A DNA stretch of 64,000 nt, from contig NZ_WXFG01000032.1 of the NCBI RefSeq assembly GCF_009881055.1, forward strand, positions 45,739 through 109,738, given 5' to 3'. Position numbers and translations under genes: made by a program. The notes below the pieces were generated by a model that saw only the letters and a list, made by a program, of their open reading frames with translations, ran no database searches and had not been told where the DNA came from. Shown in pieces: positions 40,047 through 50,413 of this stretch (the first letter of the stretch is position 1; the number at the start of each line of letters is the position of its first letter). This DNA is from Peptoclostridium sp. (GTDB lineage: Bacteria > Bacillota > Clostridia > Peptostreptococcales > Peptostreptococcaceae).

Positions 40047-41999
40047 GTGTTAGGCAAAATTCTGGGAAACAGATATGAAATACTTGAAAAGGTCGGAGAG
40101 GGCGGCATGGCTTATGTATATAAGGCCAGATGCAGGCTGCTCAATAGAATAGTTGCAGTAAAAGTGCTAAGGCAGGAGTTTGTGGATGACGAGGAATTCC
40201 TTGAGAAGTTCAAGAATGAAGCACAGTCTGCAGCAAGTCTGGCGCACCCGAACATAGTAAACATATACGACGTAGGGGAAGACAGCGGCGTACACTATAT
40301 AGTCATGGAGTATGTAGAAGGGCGAGTACTGAAGGATATAATAAAAGAAAACGGCTCGCTTGATCAGGCGTCAGCGCTTGAGATTACAAAACAGATAGCA
40401 AAGGCTCTCTCGATGGCACACAGAAAAAACATAATACACAGAGACATAAAACCGCACAATATACTTGTGACCAACGAAGGAATAGTAAAGGTTGTCGATT
40501 TTGGCATAGCCAAGGCTGTGACCAGCTCAACTACTACTGCCATAGGAAACGTAATAGGCTCTGTGCATTATTTTTCGCCGGAGCAGGCCAAGGGCAGATT
40601 CGTGGACCCAAGATCTGATCTTTATTCGCTGGGAATAGTGCTTTATGAAATGCTCTCTGGAAGAGTGCCTTTCAAAGGCGATACTCCTGTGAACATAGCA
40701 CTCCAGCATATAAGCGAAGACATTTGCTTCCCTGAAGACAGCCCGGTGTCGGAAGACGTCAAGAAGCTTGTATTAAAGCTTACGCAGAAGAACCAGGCAG
40801 AAAGATATGCCCGCGCGGATGATCTTATAAAGGACATAGAGCTCATACAGAAGAATGTCAGTCCGGATTTTTCGGGCATAGACTACAATTCCTGCAAGAC
40901 CCAGAAGCTTGAAAATCTTGGCGCAGAGCTCGACAAGATACAATCAGCAAAGAAAGCTGAAAAACCGGCTGAAATCAAAGAAGTAAAAGAGGAAGAAAAC
41001 TCCATGACCAAAAAACCAAAAATAAAGCATAAAAAATTCCTGACGACGCTGGCTGTTATTTTGGCTTTAATTGCATCGATTGGAGCCACTGCAGGAGGCT
41101 TCTATATAAAGGATCTGGTAAAGCCAAAGCAGACGAGCATGATTAATATCGAGAATATGAGCGTTGAGGATGCCCGTAAGGCGCTGGAGGATATGGGGCT
41201 CAAGCTTGTAGTGGAAAAGGAGATCTACAGCAGCGACGTCAGCAAGGATCATATTATCAGCCAGAATCCTGCAGAAGGTACGCAGGTCAAGAAAAACTAT
41301 GAAGTTACTGTAGTAGTCAGCAAGGGCGGAAAGCTTGTATCAGTTCCGGATTTTACAGGGGAGAACATAGATTCCATAGCCGGTATGCTTGCGTCAAAGA
41401 ATTTCAAGGAAGGAATGGTTGATCCTGTATTCAGCGAAGAGCCTGAAGGAACTATAATATCGCAAAGCCCAAGCCCGTATGCAAAGGCCGAGGAAGGCAG
41501 CGAGATAAATTTTGTCATAAGCAAGGGCAAGGAGTCTGTTATTGTGACCGTACCTAACCTTATAGGAAATACAATCAGCGAGGCAAGGGCAAAACTTAGC
41601 GGCATAACCATAAGCGGCATAGATTATACTGAGGATCCAGACAAGGAAGACGGGATAATAATGAAACAGAGTCCTGCTGCAGGCGAAAAGGTGGAGAGCG
41701 GCAGCACGATTAGTATTGTAGTCAACAAGATCTCCGGCGATTCGCAGTCTCAGGGTTCAAATGGCAGCCAGGCAGATTCCACTGTAAAAAAGCAGCTTTC
41801 AATCAAGCTGCCGGAGGACAGGGACAGCATAAAAGTGACTGTAAAGGATTCGTCTGGAGTTGTATATGACAAGACTGTTAATCCAAAGGATCTGGGCGGA
41901 GTATTGAACGTGCCTATAGAGGGAAAAAGCGGAACAAGCAAGGACTATCAGATTTATGTCGACGGAGAATCATATTACAACGGGAAAGTGAAATTCTAA
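40047..41999 (+). CDS. prkC: Ser/Thr protein kinase with PASTA repeats (PrkC)
   Basis: Hanks kinase motifs (GEGGMAYVYKA, HRDIKPHN, DFGIA), one TM segment, three PASTA-like repeats, and a C-terminal beta domain. Confidence 0.95.
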   Translation: MLGKILGNRYEILEKVGEGGMAYVYKARCRLLNRIVAVKVLRQEFVDDEEFLEKFKNEAQSAASLAHPNIVNIYDVGEDSGVHYIVMEYVEGRVLKDIIKENGSLDQASALEITKQIAKALSMAHRKNIIHRDIKPHNILVTNEGIVKVVDFGIAKAVTSSTTTAIGNVIGSVHYFSPEQAKGRFVDPRSDLYSLGIVLYEMLSGRVPFKGDTPVNIALQHISEDICFPEDSPVSEDVKKLVLKLTQKNQAERYARADDLIKDIELIQKNVSPDFSGIDYNSCKTQKLENLGAELDKIQSAKKAEKPAEIKEVKEEENSMTKKPKIKHKKFLTTLAVILALIASIGATAGGFYIKDLVKPKQTSMINIENMSVEDARKALEDMGLKLVVEKEIYSSDVSKDHIISQNPAEGTQVKKNYEVTVVVSKGGKLVSVPDFTGENIDSIAGMLASKNFKEGMVDPVFSEEPEGTIISQSPSPYAKAEEGSEINFVISKGKESVIVTVPNLIGNTISEARAKLSGITISGIDYTEDPDKEDGIIMKQSPAAGEKVESGSTISIVVNKISGDSQSQGSNGSQADSTVKKQLSIKLPEDRDSIKVTVKDSSGVVYDKTVNPKDLGGVLNVPIEGKSGTSKDYQIYVDGESYYNGKVKF

Positions 42000-42011
42000 G
42001 AGGAGGGAAAT

Positions 42012-42899
42012 ATGCTTAAAGGGAGGATAATGAAGGGGATCGGGGGTTTTTACTACATCGATACGGAAAACGGACTTTACGAATGCAAGGCGAGGGGGAT
42101 ATTCAGAAAAGATAAGGTAACCCCGCTTGTGGGGGATGACGTCGAAATCCAGGTCCTTGACGAGGAATCGAAAAAAGGAGTCATAGAGAAGATATTCGAC
42201 CGCAAAAGCGAACTCATAAGGCCAAGCATAGCGAATGTAGACACGGCCGTCATAGTATTTGCGGCAAAGGATCCCGACCCCAGCTTCTCCCTGCTGGACA
42301 GATTTATAGTGCTTGCCGAGAAGGAAAATCTAGACATAATAATATGCATAAACAAAGTAGATGCGGATGAGGGCAAAGCATTTGAACAAGTGAAGGAGAT
42401 ATACGAAAAATGCGGCTATCCGATAATTGCCATAAGCACATTAACTGGGGAGGGCCTTGGAGAGCTGAGGGAGGCAATAGAGGGCAGGACTGTAGTGTTT
42501 TCAGGCCCTTCTGGTGTTGGTAAGTCAAGCATACTAAACTCTATAGATAAAAATCTGCAGCTCAAGACTGGAGACATAAGCAAAAAACTTGGCAGGGGCA
42601 AGCACACTACCAGGCACGCTGAGCTGCTAAGACTTGATGAGCATACGACTGTGGCTGACACGCCGGGCTTTAGCTCGCTTACCGTCAACCACATAGCGGA
42701 GAGGGAACTTAAGGAGTATTTCATAGAGTTTACAAAATACGAAGAAGAATGCAGGTTTTTCACAGACTGCATTCATGAAAGTGAACCTGGCTGTGCGGTC
42801 AAGGATGCTGTTGAAAACGGCGAAATATCACAAATAAGATACGAGAGTTATATTCAGCTTATAAATGAAATAAGGGACTCAAACAGGAGGTACAAGTAA
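42012..42899 (+). CDS. rsgA: Ribosome small subunit-dependent GTPase A
   Basis: Circularly permuted GTPase (NKVD ... GPSGVGKSS) with a C-terminal zinc motif (C..C.H....PGC). Confidence 0.95.
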   Translation: MLKGRIMKGIGGFYYIDTENGLYECKARGIFRKDKVTPLVGDDVEIQVLDEESKKGVIEKIFDRKSELIRPSIANVDTAVIVFAAKDPDPSFSLLDRFIVLAEKENLDIIICINKVDADEGKAFEQVKEIYEKCGYPIIAISTLTGEGLGELREAIEGRTVVFSGPSGVGKSSILNSIDKNLQLKTGDISKKLGRGKHTTRHAELLRLDEHTTVADTPGFSSLTVNHIAERELKEYFIEFTKYEEECRFFTDCIHESEPGCAVKDAVENGEISQIRYESYIQLINEIRDSNRRYK

Positions 42900-43558
42900 T
42901 GATAAAATTAGCACCGTCTATACTGTCGGCTGACTTTGCAAATCTCGAGCAGGACGTTAGAAAAGTTGAAAGGGCAGGCTGTGAATATCTGCACATAGAT
43001 GTAATGGATGGGCATTTTGTGCCGAATATAACGATAGGCCCGCTAATAGTGGAGAGCCTTAAGAAAAAGGATATAGGCATGATTTTTGATGTCCATCTGA
43101 TGATTGAAAATCCTGACAACTACGTAGCTGACTTTGCAAAGGCGGGGGCAGATATTATAGTCGTACACCAGGAAGCCTGCAGGCATCTTCACAGGACCAT
43201 ACAGAATATCAAATCGCATGGGGTAAAGGCTGGCATAGCGCTCAACCCTGCGACGCCTGTGGACACCATAAAGCATGTCATAGGGGATATCGATATGGTG
43301 CTGCTTATGAGCGTCAATCCCGGCTTTGGCGGACAGTCATTCATAGAAAGCGTACTGCCAAAAATAAGCCAGGTCAGGGATATGGCAAGAGAGATGTCAC
43401 TCGAGCTTGACATACAAGTGGACGGAGGCATAAAGCCTTCTAACGTAAGGATGGTTGTAGAAGCAGGGGCAAACATAATAGTTGCAGGCTCGGCCATATT
43501 CAACAGCGAAGATATTGCGGCTACTGTTGCCGAGTTCAGAAAAAACAGCCAGCTTTAA
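42899..43558 (+). CDS. rpe: Ribulose-phosphate 3-epimerase
   Basis: PSILSADF, HIDVMDGHFVPN and NPGFGGQ motifs. Confidence 0.95.
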   Translation: MIKLAPSILSADFANLEQDVRKVERAGCEYLHIDVMDGHFVPNITIGPLIVESLKKKDIGMIFDVHLMIENPDNYVADFAKAGADIIVVHQEACRHLHRTIQNIKSHGVKAGIALNPATPVDTIKHVIGDIDMVLLMSVNPGFGGQSFIESVLPKISQVRDMAREMSLELDIQVDGGIKPSNVRMVVEAGANIIVAGSAIFNSEDIAATVAEFRKNSQL

Positions 43559-43577
43559 GAAGGGAACATAGGATATC

Positions 43578-44213
43578 ATGAAGGCAGGAATACTAGTAAA
43601 CGGGACACTTGTAGACAGGGAATTTTACAAAATGCAGCTGTATGGCTGCGATTACATAATAAGTGCAGACGGAGCCTCGAACTTTGCCTACGCTGCCGGA
43701 ATAGTTCCGGATGTCATAATGGGCGATATGGATTCAATAAGCAGCGACGCCAGAGTTTTTTTTGAAGACAGGGGAGTTGCATTCGAAGGTTTTCCTTCTC
43801 GAAAGGATTTCACCGATACGGAGCTTTGCGTGGAGCATGCCAAGTCAAAAGGTGCAACCGAGATAGTGCTGTACGGAGCTACAGGCAGCCGTATAGACCA
43901 TTCGCTTGCCAATATAGGACTTATGTATCTCATATTTAAAAGTGGTATAAAGCCCAGACTTGTAAATGAGAGCAACGAGGTATTTCTCATAGACAGAGAA
44001 ATCGAGCTTTCAGGAGAAAAGGGCGATCTGGTATCTGTAATCCCGCTTGCGGGAGATGCCAAGGGAGTGACGCTTGAGGGGCTTGAATATCCTCTTGATA
44101 ACTATGACATAGACTTTGGAAGATCAATAGGCGTTTCGAATGTGATGACGGGAAGAAGCTGCAGAGTGAGCCTGAGGGAGGGTTACCTTCTTGTCATAAA
44201 ATCAAAAGACTGA
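43578..44213 (+). CDS. thiN: Thiamine diphosphokinase
   Basis: GDMDS, KDFTD and GATGSRIDH motifs. Confidence 0.9.
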   Translation: MKAGILVNGTLVDREFYKMQLYGCDYIISADGASNFAYAAGIVPDVIMGDMDSISSDARVFFEDRGVAFEGFPSRKDFTDTELCVEHAKSKGATEIVLYGATGSRIDHSLANIGLMYLIFKSGIKPRLVNESNEVFLIDREIELSGEKGDLVSVIPLAGDAKGVTLEGLEYPLDNYDIDFGRSIGVSNVMTGRSCRVSLREGYLLVIKSKD

Positions 44214-44223
44214 TTTGGAATTA

Positions 44224-44254
44224 AAAAAAAGAGTCGTTAGACTCTTTTCTTTTA
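44224..44254. terminator. Bidirectional terminator between thiN and rpmB
   Basis: A8-GAGTC-GTTA-GACTC-TTTTCTTTT. Confidence 0.75.
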
Positions 44255-44268
44255 TCCAAATATAATAA

Positions 44269-44460
44269 TTACATAGGTCTTTCAACTTTTCCAGAACGAA
44301 GACATCTAGAACATACTCTTATTTTACTTGGAGAACCGTTCACAACAGCCTTTACGCTTCTAAGGTTTGGCATCCAGCTTCTTTTATTATGACGGTTAGA
44401 GTGACTTACCTGATTACCTGAAACTCTTCCTTTTCCGCAAACTTCGCATACCCTTGCCAC
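44269..44460 (-). CDS. rpmB: 50S ribosomal protein L28
   Basis: 63 aa, MARVCEVCGKG...SHSN..TKR-like. Confidence 0.95.
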   Translation of the reverse strand: MARVCEVCGKGRVSGNQVSHSNRHNKRSWMPNLRSVKAVVNGSPSKIRVCSRCLRSGKVERPM

Positions 44461-44617
44461 GTAAAAACACCCCCTTTTACTTCATTAATTGCCGCTTGAA
44501 ACATAAATATATTATCACATTAGGCCACTTTTTGCAATATAAATATAAATGTATTGAACAAAGGCCATCCATAATATAGAATATGAGATATATAGGAATC
44601 CAAGGGAGGGATTGTAC

Positions 44618-44974
44618 ATGGCTGGGAAAATCGAAAACAAATACGGAAGTATATACATAGAGCCGGAGGTAGTGGCAAAAATAGCGGGCAGGGCGGCAGT
44701 GGAGTGCTACGGACTTGTAGGGCTTGCGTCAAAGTCTGTAAAAAACGGCATCGTAGAGCTTTTGAAGTTTGAAAACATGAGCAAGGGAGTCACGGTAGAA
44801 TTGACAGAGGACAGTCTTGCCATAGAGCTTTATGTGATAATACAGTACGGGACAAAGATATCTGAGGTGGCCCACAACATAATGGACAGAGTCAAATATT
44901 CAGTTGAAAATCAGACGGGCCTGTATGTCACAAGAATAGATGTGAAGGTCCAGGGAATAAGGGTTGGAAAATAA
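44618..44974 (+). CDS. Asp23/Gls24 family envelope stress protein
   Basis: N-terminus ..GSIYIEPEVVAKIAGRAAVECYGLVG. The ATG lies 7 nt after GGGAGGG. Confidence 0.9.
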   Translation: MAGKIENKYGSIYIEPEVVAKIAGRAAVECYGLVGLASKSVKNGIVELLKFENMSKGVTVELTEDSLAIELYVIIQYGTKISEVAHNIMDRVKYSVENQTGLYVTRIDVKVQGIRVGK

Positions 44975-44990
44975 GCTGGAGGTAGTCAAG

Positions 44991-46604
44991 TTGAGCCAAG
45001 AATTAGTGGATGCAAAACAGCTTTCTGAAATGATAATATCCGGAGCCAACAACCTCGAAAATCACAAGGAGCTCGTTGACAGGCTAAACGTATTTCCGGT
45101 GCCGGATGGAGATACCGGAACCAACATGTCGCTTACTATGAATGCTGCTGTAGAAGAACTGCTTTCAGCGGATTCGTTGACAATAAGCGAAATTGCAAGA
45201 GCTGTATCGAAAGGCTCTTTAATGGGGGCAAGAGGCAACTCGGGTGTTATACTTTCGCAGCTTCTGCGGGGGTTTGCCAATTCAATTGAGGGCAAGGAGA
45301 ATCTTGGCATATTCGACTTTGCACAGGCGCTAAACCAGGCTACCCAGATGGCATATAAGGCAGTTATAAAGCCTGTTGAAGGCACAATGCTGACGGTTTC
45401 CAGAGAGACGGGAGAATGGTCTCTGGAGCTGCTCAAGACAAAGACTACCATGCTGGAGTTCTTTGGTAATATTGTACAGAAGGCCCAGAGTTCACTTGAT
45501 AATACGCCGAATCTGCTGGCAACACTAAAGGAAGCAAACGTTGTAGATGCAGGCGGAAAGGGCCTGGTGCTCATATTCGAGGGGATGTATAAGGCCTTGT
45601 CGGGCACTCCCATTGAGAAGCACAAGGAAGAAGAGGGCGAAGAGGCAATGGTGGAGCTCCACGGCGTGCAGGAGGAAATCAAATTCACATACTGCACTGA
45701 GTTCATACTCAAAACTGACAAGATAGACAGCGAGGGAATGCTAAGGCTCATAGAGGACAAGGGAGACAGCATAATGTCCGTAGGGGATGAAGACCTCATA
45801 AAGATACATATACACACGAATGAGCCGGGATACGTGATTCAAAGGGCTCTTGACTACGGCGACCTCATCAGCATAAAGATAGAGAACATGAAGCTGCAGC
45901 ACGAAAACAGGCTGCTGGGCGAGCAGGCAGAAGAAAAACAGGAGTCTAAAAGGTATGGAATAATTGCGGTGGCAGCAGGTGAAGGTATAGCCTCTATTTT
46001 CAAGGATATCGGAGCAGACTTAATTATCGAGGGCGGCCAGACAATGAATCCCAGCACTAACGATTTTATTGAAGCAATAGACAAGGTAGAAGCGGAATCG
46101 ATAATAGTATTTCCAAACAACAAAAACATAATAATGGCCGCGAATCAAGCCAAGGAGCTGAGCCGGAAGAATGTAACAGTGGTGCCTACTAAAAACATTC
46201 CGCAGGCAATTGCTGCCATAATTGCCATTAATCCGGACGAGGAAGCTCGGAAAAACGAGGAACATATGAACAGCGCCATAGAAAGAGTCAGGGTGGGCGA
46301 TGTCACTTTTTCGGTCAGAGACACATCTATCGGTGGGCGCGCGATAAAGGAAGGCGACATCATAGGGATATCCCAAGGAGAGCTCAGGAGCGCAGGAGAT
46401 GACATAAACAGCGTGGCAATGGAGGTGCTCGAATCCATAGTGACAGAGAACGATGAGATTGTGAGCATATTCTACGGAGAAGACCTGAGTGAAGAAACTG
46501 CAAATGAACTTAAACAGACTGCTCAAAAAAGATTTCCGAATGCCGAAGTGGAAATTTATTATGGAGGCCAGCCGGTCTACTACTATATAATGTCCGCTGA
46601 ATAG
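44991..46604 (+). CDS. DAK2 domain-containing protein (YloV-like)
   Basis: The ..MIISGANNLENHKELVDRLNVFPVPDGDTGTNM signature. The TTG at 44991 lies 8 nt after GGAGG; the ORF track TTG at 44964 is an alternative. Confidence 0.9.
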   Translation: MSQELVDAKQLSEMIISGANNLENHKELVDRLNVFPVPDGDTGTNMSLTMNAAVEELLSADSLTISEIARAVSKGSLMGARGNSGVILSQLLRGFANSIEGKENLGIFDFAQALNQATQMAYKAVIKPVEGTMLTVSRETGEWSLELLKTKTTMLEFFGNIVQKAQSSLDNTPNLLATLKEANVVDAGGKGLVLIFEGMYKALSGTPIEKHKEEEGEEAMVELHGVQEEIKFTYCTEFILKTDKIDSEGMLRLIEDKGDSIMSVGDEDLIKIHIHTNEPGYVIQRALDYGDLISIKIENMKLQHENRLLGEQAEEKQESKRYGIIAVAAGEGIASIFKDIGADLIIEGGQTMNPSTNDFIEAIDKVEAESIIVFPNNKNIIMAANQAKELSRKNVTVVPTKNIPQAIAAIIAINPDEEARKNEEHMNSAIERVRVGDVTFSVRDTSIGGRAIKEGDIIGISQGELRSAGDDINSVAMEVLESIVTENDEIVSIFYGEDLSEETANELKQTAQKRFPNAEVEIYYGGQPVYYYIMSAE

Positions 46605-46620
46605 ATTTCAGCTAAATTTA

Positions 46621-46645
46621 AAAAGAGCCTTCTGGGCTCTTTTTC
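46621..46645 (+). terminator. Intrinsic terminator after the DAK2 gene
   Basis: AAAAGAGCC-TTCT-GGGCTCT-TTTT. Confidence 0.7.
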
Positions 46646-46677
46646 ATTATTCAGGCTATACATATTAGGAGGACCAG

Positions 46678-47608
46678 ATGAAGAAAAAAGGTTATAATCG
46701 ACTGCGATCCCGGCTATGATGATGCCATAGCCCTGATGCTCGCTTTTGGAAGCGGCGAGCTTGAGGTTGAGGCTGTGACTACATGTGCGGGCAATCAGAC
46801 ACAGGAAAAGGTGCACAGAAATGCGTTGAGGCTTCTAAGCGGCATTGGGGTGTCGGCCATAGTTGCGCGAGGCGCAAATAGGCCCCTTATGAGAGAGCTT
46901 AGCACCGCCGGCAGTGTTCACGGAGAAAGCGGGCTTGACGGAGTAGAGCTCGAAGAAACTACAATAAAGCCAAGTGAGAGTCATGCCGTTGAAGTAATTG
47001 CTGATATAGTAAGGTCCAGTAGGGAAAAAGTAACGCTAGTGCCTATAGGGCCTCTAACTAACATAGCTCTATTTGTGAGCATGTATCCGGAATTGAAGGC
47101 TTCTGTAGACAGCATAATAATGATGGGCGGAGCCTGCCGGGGAGGCAATGTAACACCCGTTGCGGAGTTCAATATAAAAACGGATCCTGAGGCGGCGGAA
47201 ATAGTATTCTCTTCAGGCATTCCTATCGTTATGTGCGGGTTGGATGTGACCAGAAAAGCGCTAGTATACGCCGACGATATTAGGCGCATAGGGGATATGG
47301 GGAATAGGAGCGCAAAAATAGCTTGCCAAATACTGAAAAAGTATTCGGAATTCTACTACGGGAAGACCTCGATTGCCGGGGCACCCATACATGACGCATG
47401 CGCAGTGGCTTATGCCATAGCTCCAGAAATGTTCACATCACTGGAATGTCATGTCGACGTAGAGACTAAAGGTATTCATACTGATGGTCAGACCGTGGCC
47501 GACATGGAGGGAAGGCTCGGCAAGCAGCCGAATGCGAGAGTTGTGCTTGATTTGGACCGGGAAAGGCTCATTGATATGATAATATCTGCAGTGGGCAGAC
47601 TTGAATAG
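46678..47608 (+). pseudogene. Nucleoside hydrolase (IUNH family) with a frameshift in an A6 tract at codons 3-4
   Basis: The AGGAGG RBS plus the ATG at 46678 opens a 13-codon frame. The hydrolase frame (KKVIIDCDPGYDDAIALMLAFG..., containing the DxDxxxDD metal motif) is +1 relative to it from the A-run at 46684-46689. The first in-frame Met (46736) lies downstream of the catalytic motif. Confidence 0.8.
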
Positions 47609-47671
47609 CGAAAAAATGAATAGCCTCTGGCTTTTAGGGAATAATTATTAAAAAACTACAGGAGGTGCACT

Positions 47672-48121
47672 GTGAGCAGATATGAAACGATTAGGGCAAC
47701 TCCTCCAAACATTGATGAGTTGGAAAACATGGCAAGAGACAGGAGCAGCTGGCGTGTGAGAATACTCGCAGTTGACGAGCTTAGAAAATGGAATTGCAAG
47801 AGATCACGGGATGTGCTGTCGAGGCTTGCAGAATCAGACGCCATAGCCGAAGTAAGAATCCAGGCGATGCGGGCTCTAGAGGTCTTTGGAGAAGCTGTAG
47901 GCCACAAAGGTTCAAGCGTGCCGGATGTGCAAGCATACAATCACAGGGCTAACAAGGTTTTCAAAAGGATATGCGCCGCAGATGCAGGCATTGAACCTTC
48001 CAAGGCCGTAGAACTCCTTAGGGACTACGACCCGGAACTTTACGACATAATGGATTATTATAAAGGTGATCAGCTAGAAGAGTGGGCAAGCCAGATATGC
48101 AGCGATATCAGGAAGAGGTAA
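47672..48121 (+). CDS. Small HEAT-like repeat protein (hypothetical)
   Basis: GTG start after AGGAGG. Repeated ..VR..A...L helical hairpins (WRVRILAVDELRK; AEVRIQAMRALEVFG). Confidence 0.55.
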   Translation: MSRYETIRATPPNIDELENMARDRSSWRVRILAVDELRKWNCKRSRDVLSRLAESDAIAEVRIQAMRALEVFGEAVGHKGSSVPDVQAYNHRANKVFKRICAADAGIEPSKAVELLRDYDPELYDIMDYYKGDQLEEWASQICSDIRKR

Positions 48122-48219
48122 AAAAAGTGACAGGCAAATTGATGGAGCGCTGATGTAGGCTCTTGTGATTTTTCGTGTTATAATTATTGCCTAAGAAGAA
48201 TTAGCCGAGGTGTATTCGA

Positions 48220-50277
48220 TTGAAGCTATCTGACAGCGTGCAAGCGGTAAACGGTGTGGGACCTCAAAAATTAAAGAAGTTGAATAGTATGGGAATATCA
48301 ACAATATACGACTTGCTGTATTATTTTCCAAGGGCGTATGAAGACAGGAGCTGCTTTACACATGTTCCGCAGCTCAAAGCCGGAGAGAAGGCCTGCATAA
48401 AGGGCAGAATTGCTGGGGTTGAAAACAGGAGGCTCAGGAAAAATTTGAGCATAACAAGGATTGATGTAGATGACAATGGAGCCCTAGCCGCTTTGATTTT
48501 CTTCAACAGAGATCACCTGACAAAAATCTACAAGACAGGGCAAGAAATCCGGGCCTATGGAACTGTGAAAAAAACGGGAAAATTCACCGAAATCGAGGGC
48601 TCTGTGCTTGAATTTTCAAATGAAAAAAAGTCCGCGCTCGGCAGGATAGTTCCGGTATATCCATCATCCGAAGGGCTCAGCAGCAATGAAATCGGAAAAA
48701 TTGCCAACACGGCTCTGGGCGACATTAAAGAGCAGGGTGAACTTGACAACATTGAGGATTCAATCCCTAAAGACATAATGATGAGGCAAAAGCTTTGCAG
48801 CATAGGATATGCAATCGAGAATATACATGCTCCAAGCAGCAGAGAAGCTCTAAAGATAGCTCTCTACAGACTGATATTTGAAGAGCTATTTTTGACGGTC
48901 TGCAGGGCTATGTACAATGGCAGCAGGCTAATGAGCAAAAATGCCGTAAAGTTGGCAGTGTCGCCTGCGATATACGGAATAATCGAAAGGCTGCCGTTTG
49001 GACTTACGCATGCGCAGGAGAGGACGTTGGATGAAATATTTAAAGACATGCAGGGGTGCAATGTCATGAACAGACTTATACAGGGGGACGTGGGTTCGGG
49101 AAAAACAGTCGTGGCGGGCATGGCCATGGCAAACTGCGTGCTTAACGGATTCCAAAGTATTATGATGGCGCCAACGGAGGTACTTGCAAGGCAGCATTAC
49201 AGCTCCTTGAAAAAGATGCTAGTCCATGAAGATATGAAAATAAGGCTGCTAACTGGCAGTACAAGCCCTGCTGAAAAGGTGAACATATACGAGGAGCTTG
49301 AAAGCGGGAAGGTTGACATTCTAGTTGGCACACATGCGCTAATTCAGCCTGGAGTCAAGCTTAAGAAGCTTGGGCTTGCTGTTGCAGACGAGCAGCACAG
49401 ATTCGGCGTGCGTCAAAGGCTTACGCTCTCCGAAAAAGGCGAAAGCCCTCACTTCATATCCATGTCTGCAACGCCAATACCAAGAAGCCTGGCACTAGCT
49501 GCATATGCAGACATGGACATAAGCATAATCGATGAGTTGCCCAAGGGGCGAAAATCAATAGAAACCAGAGTTTTCAAAAATACTGACAGAAAAAAGGCAT
49601 ATACATTTGCACTGGAGCAACTAGAGGCAGGAAGGCAGGCTTATGTAGTATGCCCCCTCATAGAAGCTACAGATGAAAAGGGCAGTGCCATTTCGGCGCT
49701 ACAGGTATTCGAAGAGCTCAAATCGGGGATTTTCAAGGGGAAGAAAGTCTCCCTTCTTCACGGAAGGCTGCCACAGGAGCAAAAACAGGCCATAATGACT
49801 GATTTCGAAAGCGGAGCCGTGGATGTGCTCGTTGCCACAACAGTGATAGAAGTGGGCATAGATGTCAAGAATGCAAGCGTCATAATAATAGAAGGCGCCG
49901 AGCAGTTTGGCCTATCGCAGCTGCATCAGCTTAGAGGCCGAGTGGGCAGAGGCGAACACAATTCATACTGCATGCTCATACAGCGTGGAGAAATAAGCCG
50001 GAGTGAGCGCCTGAATGTGCTCGTAAGCAGCGATTCGGGCTTTGAAATAGCCGAAAAAGACCTGCAGCTGAGGGGACCGGGCGAAATTGCGGGTCTAAGG
50101 CAGCATGGCCATTTCAGATTCAGACTTGCGGATATAAGCAAACATGTTAAAATTCTAGAATCAGCCAGAGCGTGTGCAAAGGAATTGTTTGAGTCTGACC
50201 CTGAACTCAGTGAAGAGAAAAATGCAAAACTGAAGGCTTCTCTTGAGGCGGATTATGAAGCCGAAGCAGTTGAATAA
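48220..50277 (+). CDS. recG: ATP-dependent DNA helicase RecG
   Basis: Wedge/OB N-terminal domain, GDVGSGKT Walker A, a DEQH box, and QLHQLRGRVGRG. Confidence 0.95.
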   Translation: MKLSDSVQAVNGVGPQKLKKLNSMGISTIYDLLYYFPRAYEDRSCFTHVPQLKAGEKACIKGRIAGVENRRLRKNLSITRIDVDDNGALAALIFFNRDHLTKIYKTGQEIRAYGTVKKTGKFTEIEGSVLEFSNEKKSALGRIVPVYPSSEGLSSNEIGKIANTALGDIKEQGELDNIEDSIPKDIMMRQKLCSIGYAIENIHAPSSREALKIALYRLIFEELFLTVCRAMYNGSRLMSKNAVKLAVSPAIYGIIERLPFGLTHAQERTLDEIFKDMQGCNVMNRLIQGDVGSGKTVVAGMAMANCVLNGFQSIMMAPTEVLARQHYSSLKKMLVHEDMKIRLLTGSTSPAEKVNIYEELESGKVDILVGTHALIQPGVKLKKLGLAVADEQHRFGVRQRLTLSEKGESPHFISMSATPIPRSLALAAYADMDISIIDELPKGRKSIETRVFKNTDRKKAYTFALEQLEAGRQAYVVCPLIEATDEKGSAISALQVFEELKSGIFKGKKVSLLHGRLPQEQKQAIMTDFESGAVDVLVATTVIEVGIDVKNASVIIIEGAEQFGLSQLHQLRGRVGRGEHNSYCMLIQRGEISRSERLNVLVSSDSGFEIAEKDLQLRGPGEIAGLRQHGHFRFRLADISKHVKILESARACAKELFESDPELSEEKNAKLKASLEADYEAEAVE

Positions 50278-50413
50278 CTGAATGGCGTAAAAAATAGTAA
50301 TAAAGTTTCAATTCAATTAATCGAATTTTGGATATAATATACAAAGGACTATTATTGGGCAATAATCATGTTAATTTGTAAGCAATATATGTTAAAATAT
50401 AAGGAGCAAAGGC

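Noticed and set aside
40980-41760. Internal repeats of about 65-70 aa in the prkC extracellular region.
   Set aside because: These are the expected tandem PASTA domains, not a DNA-level repeat element.
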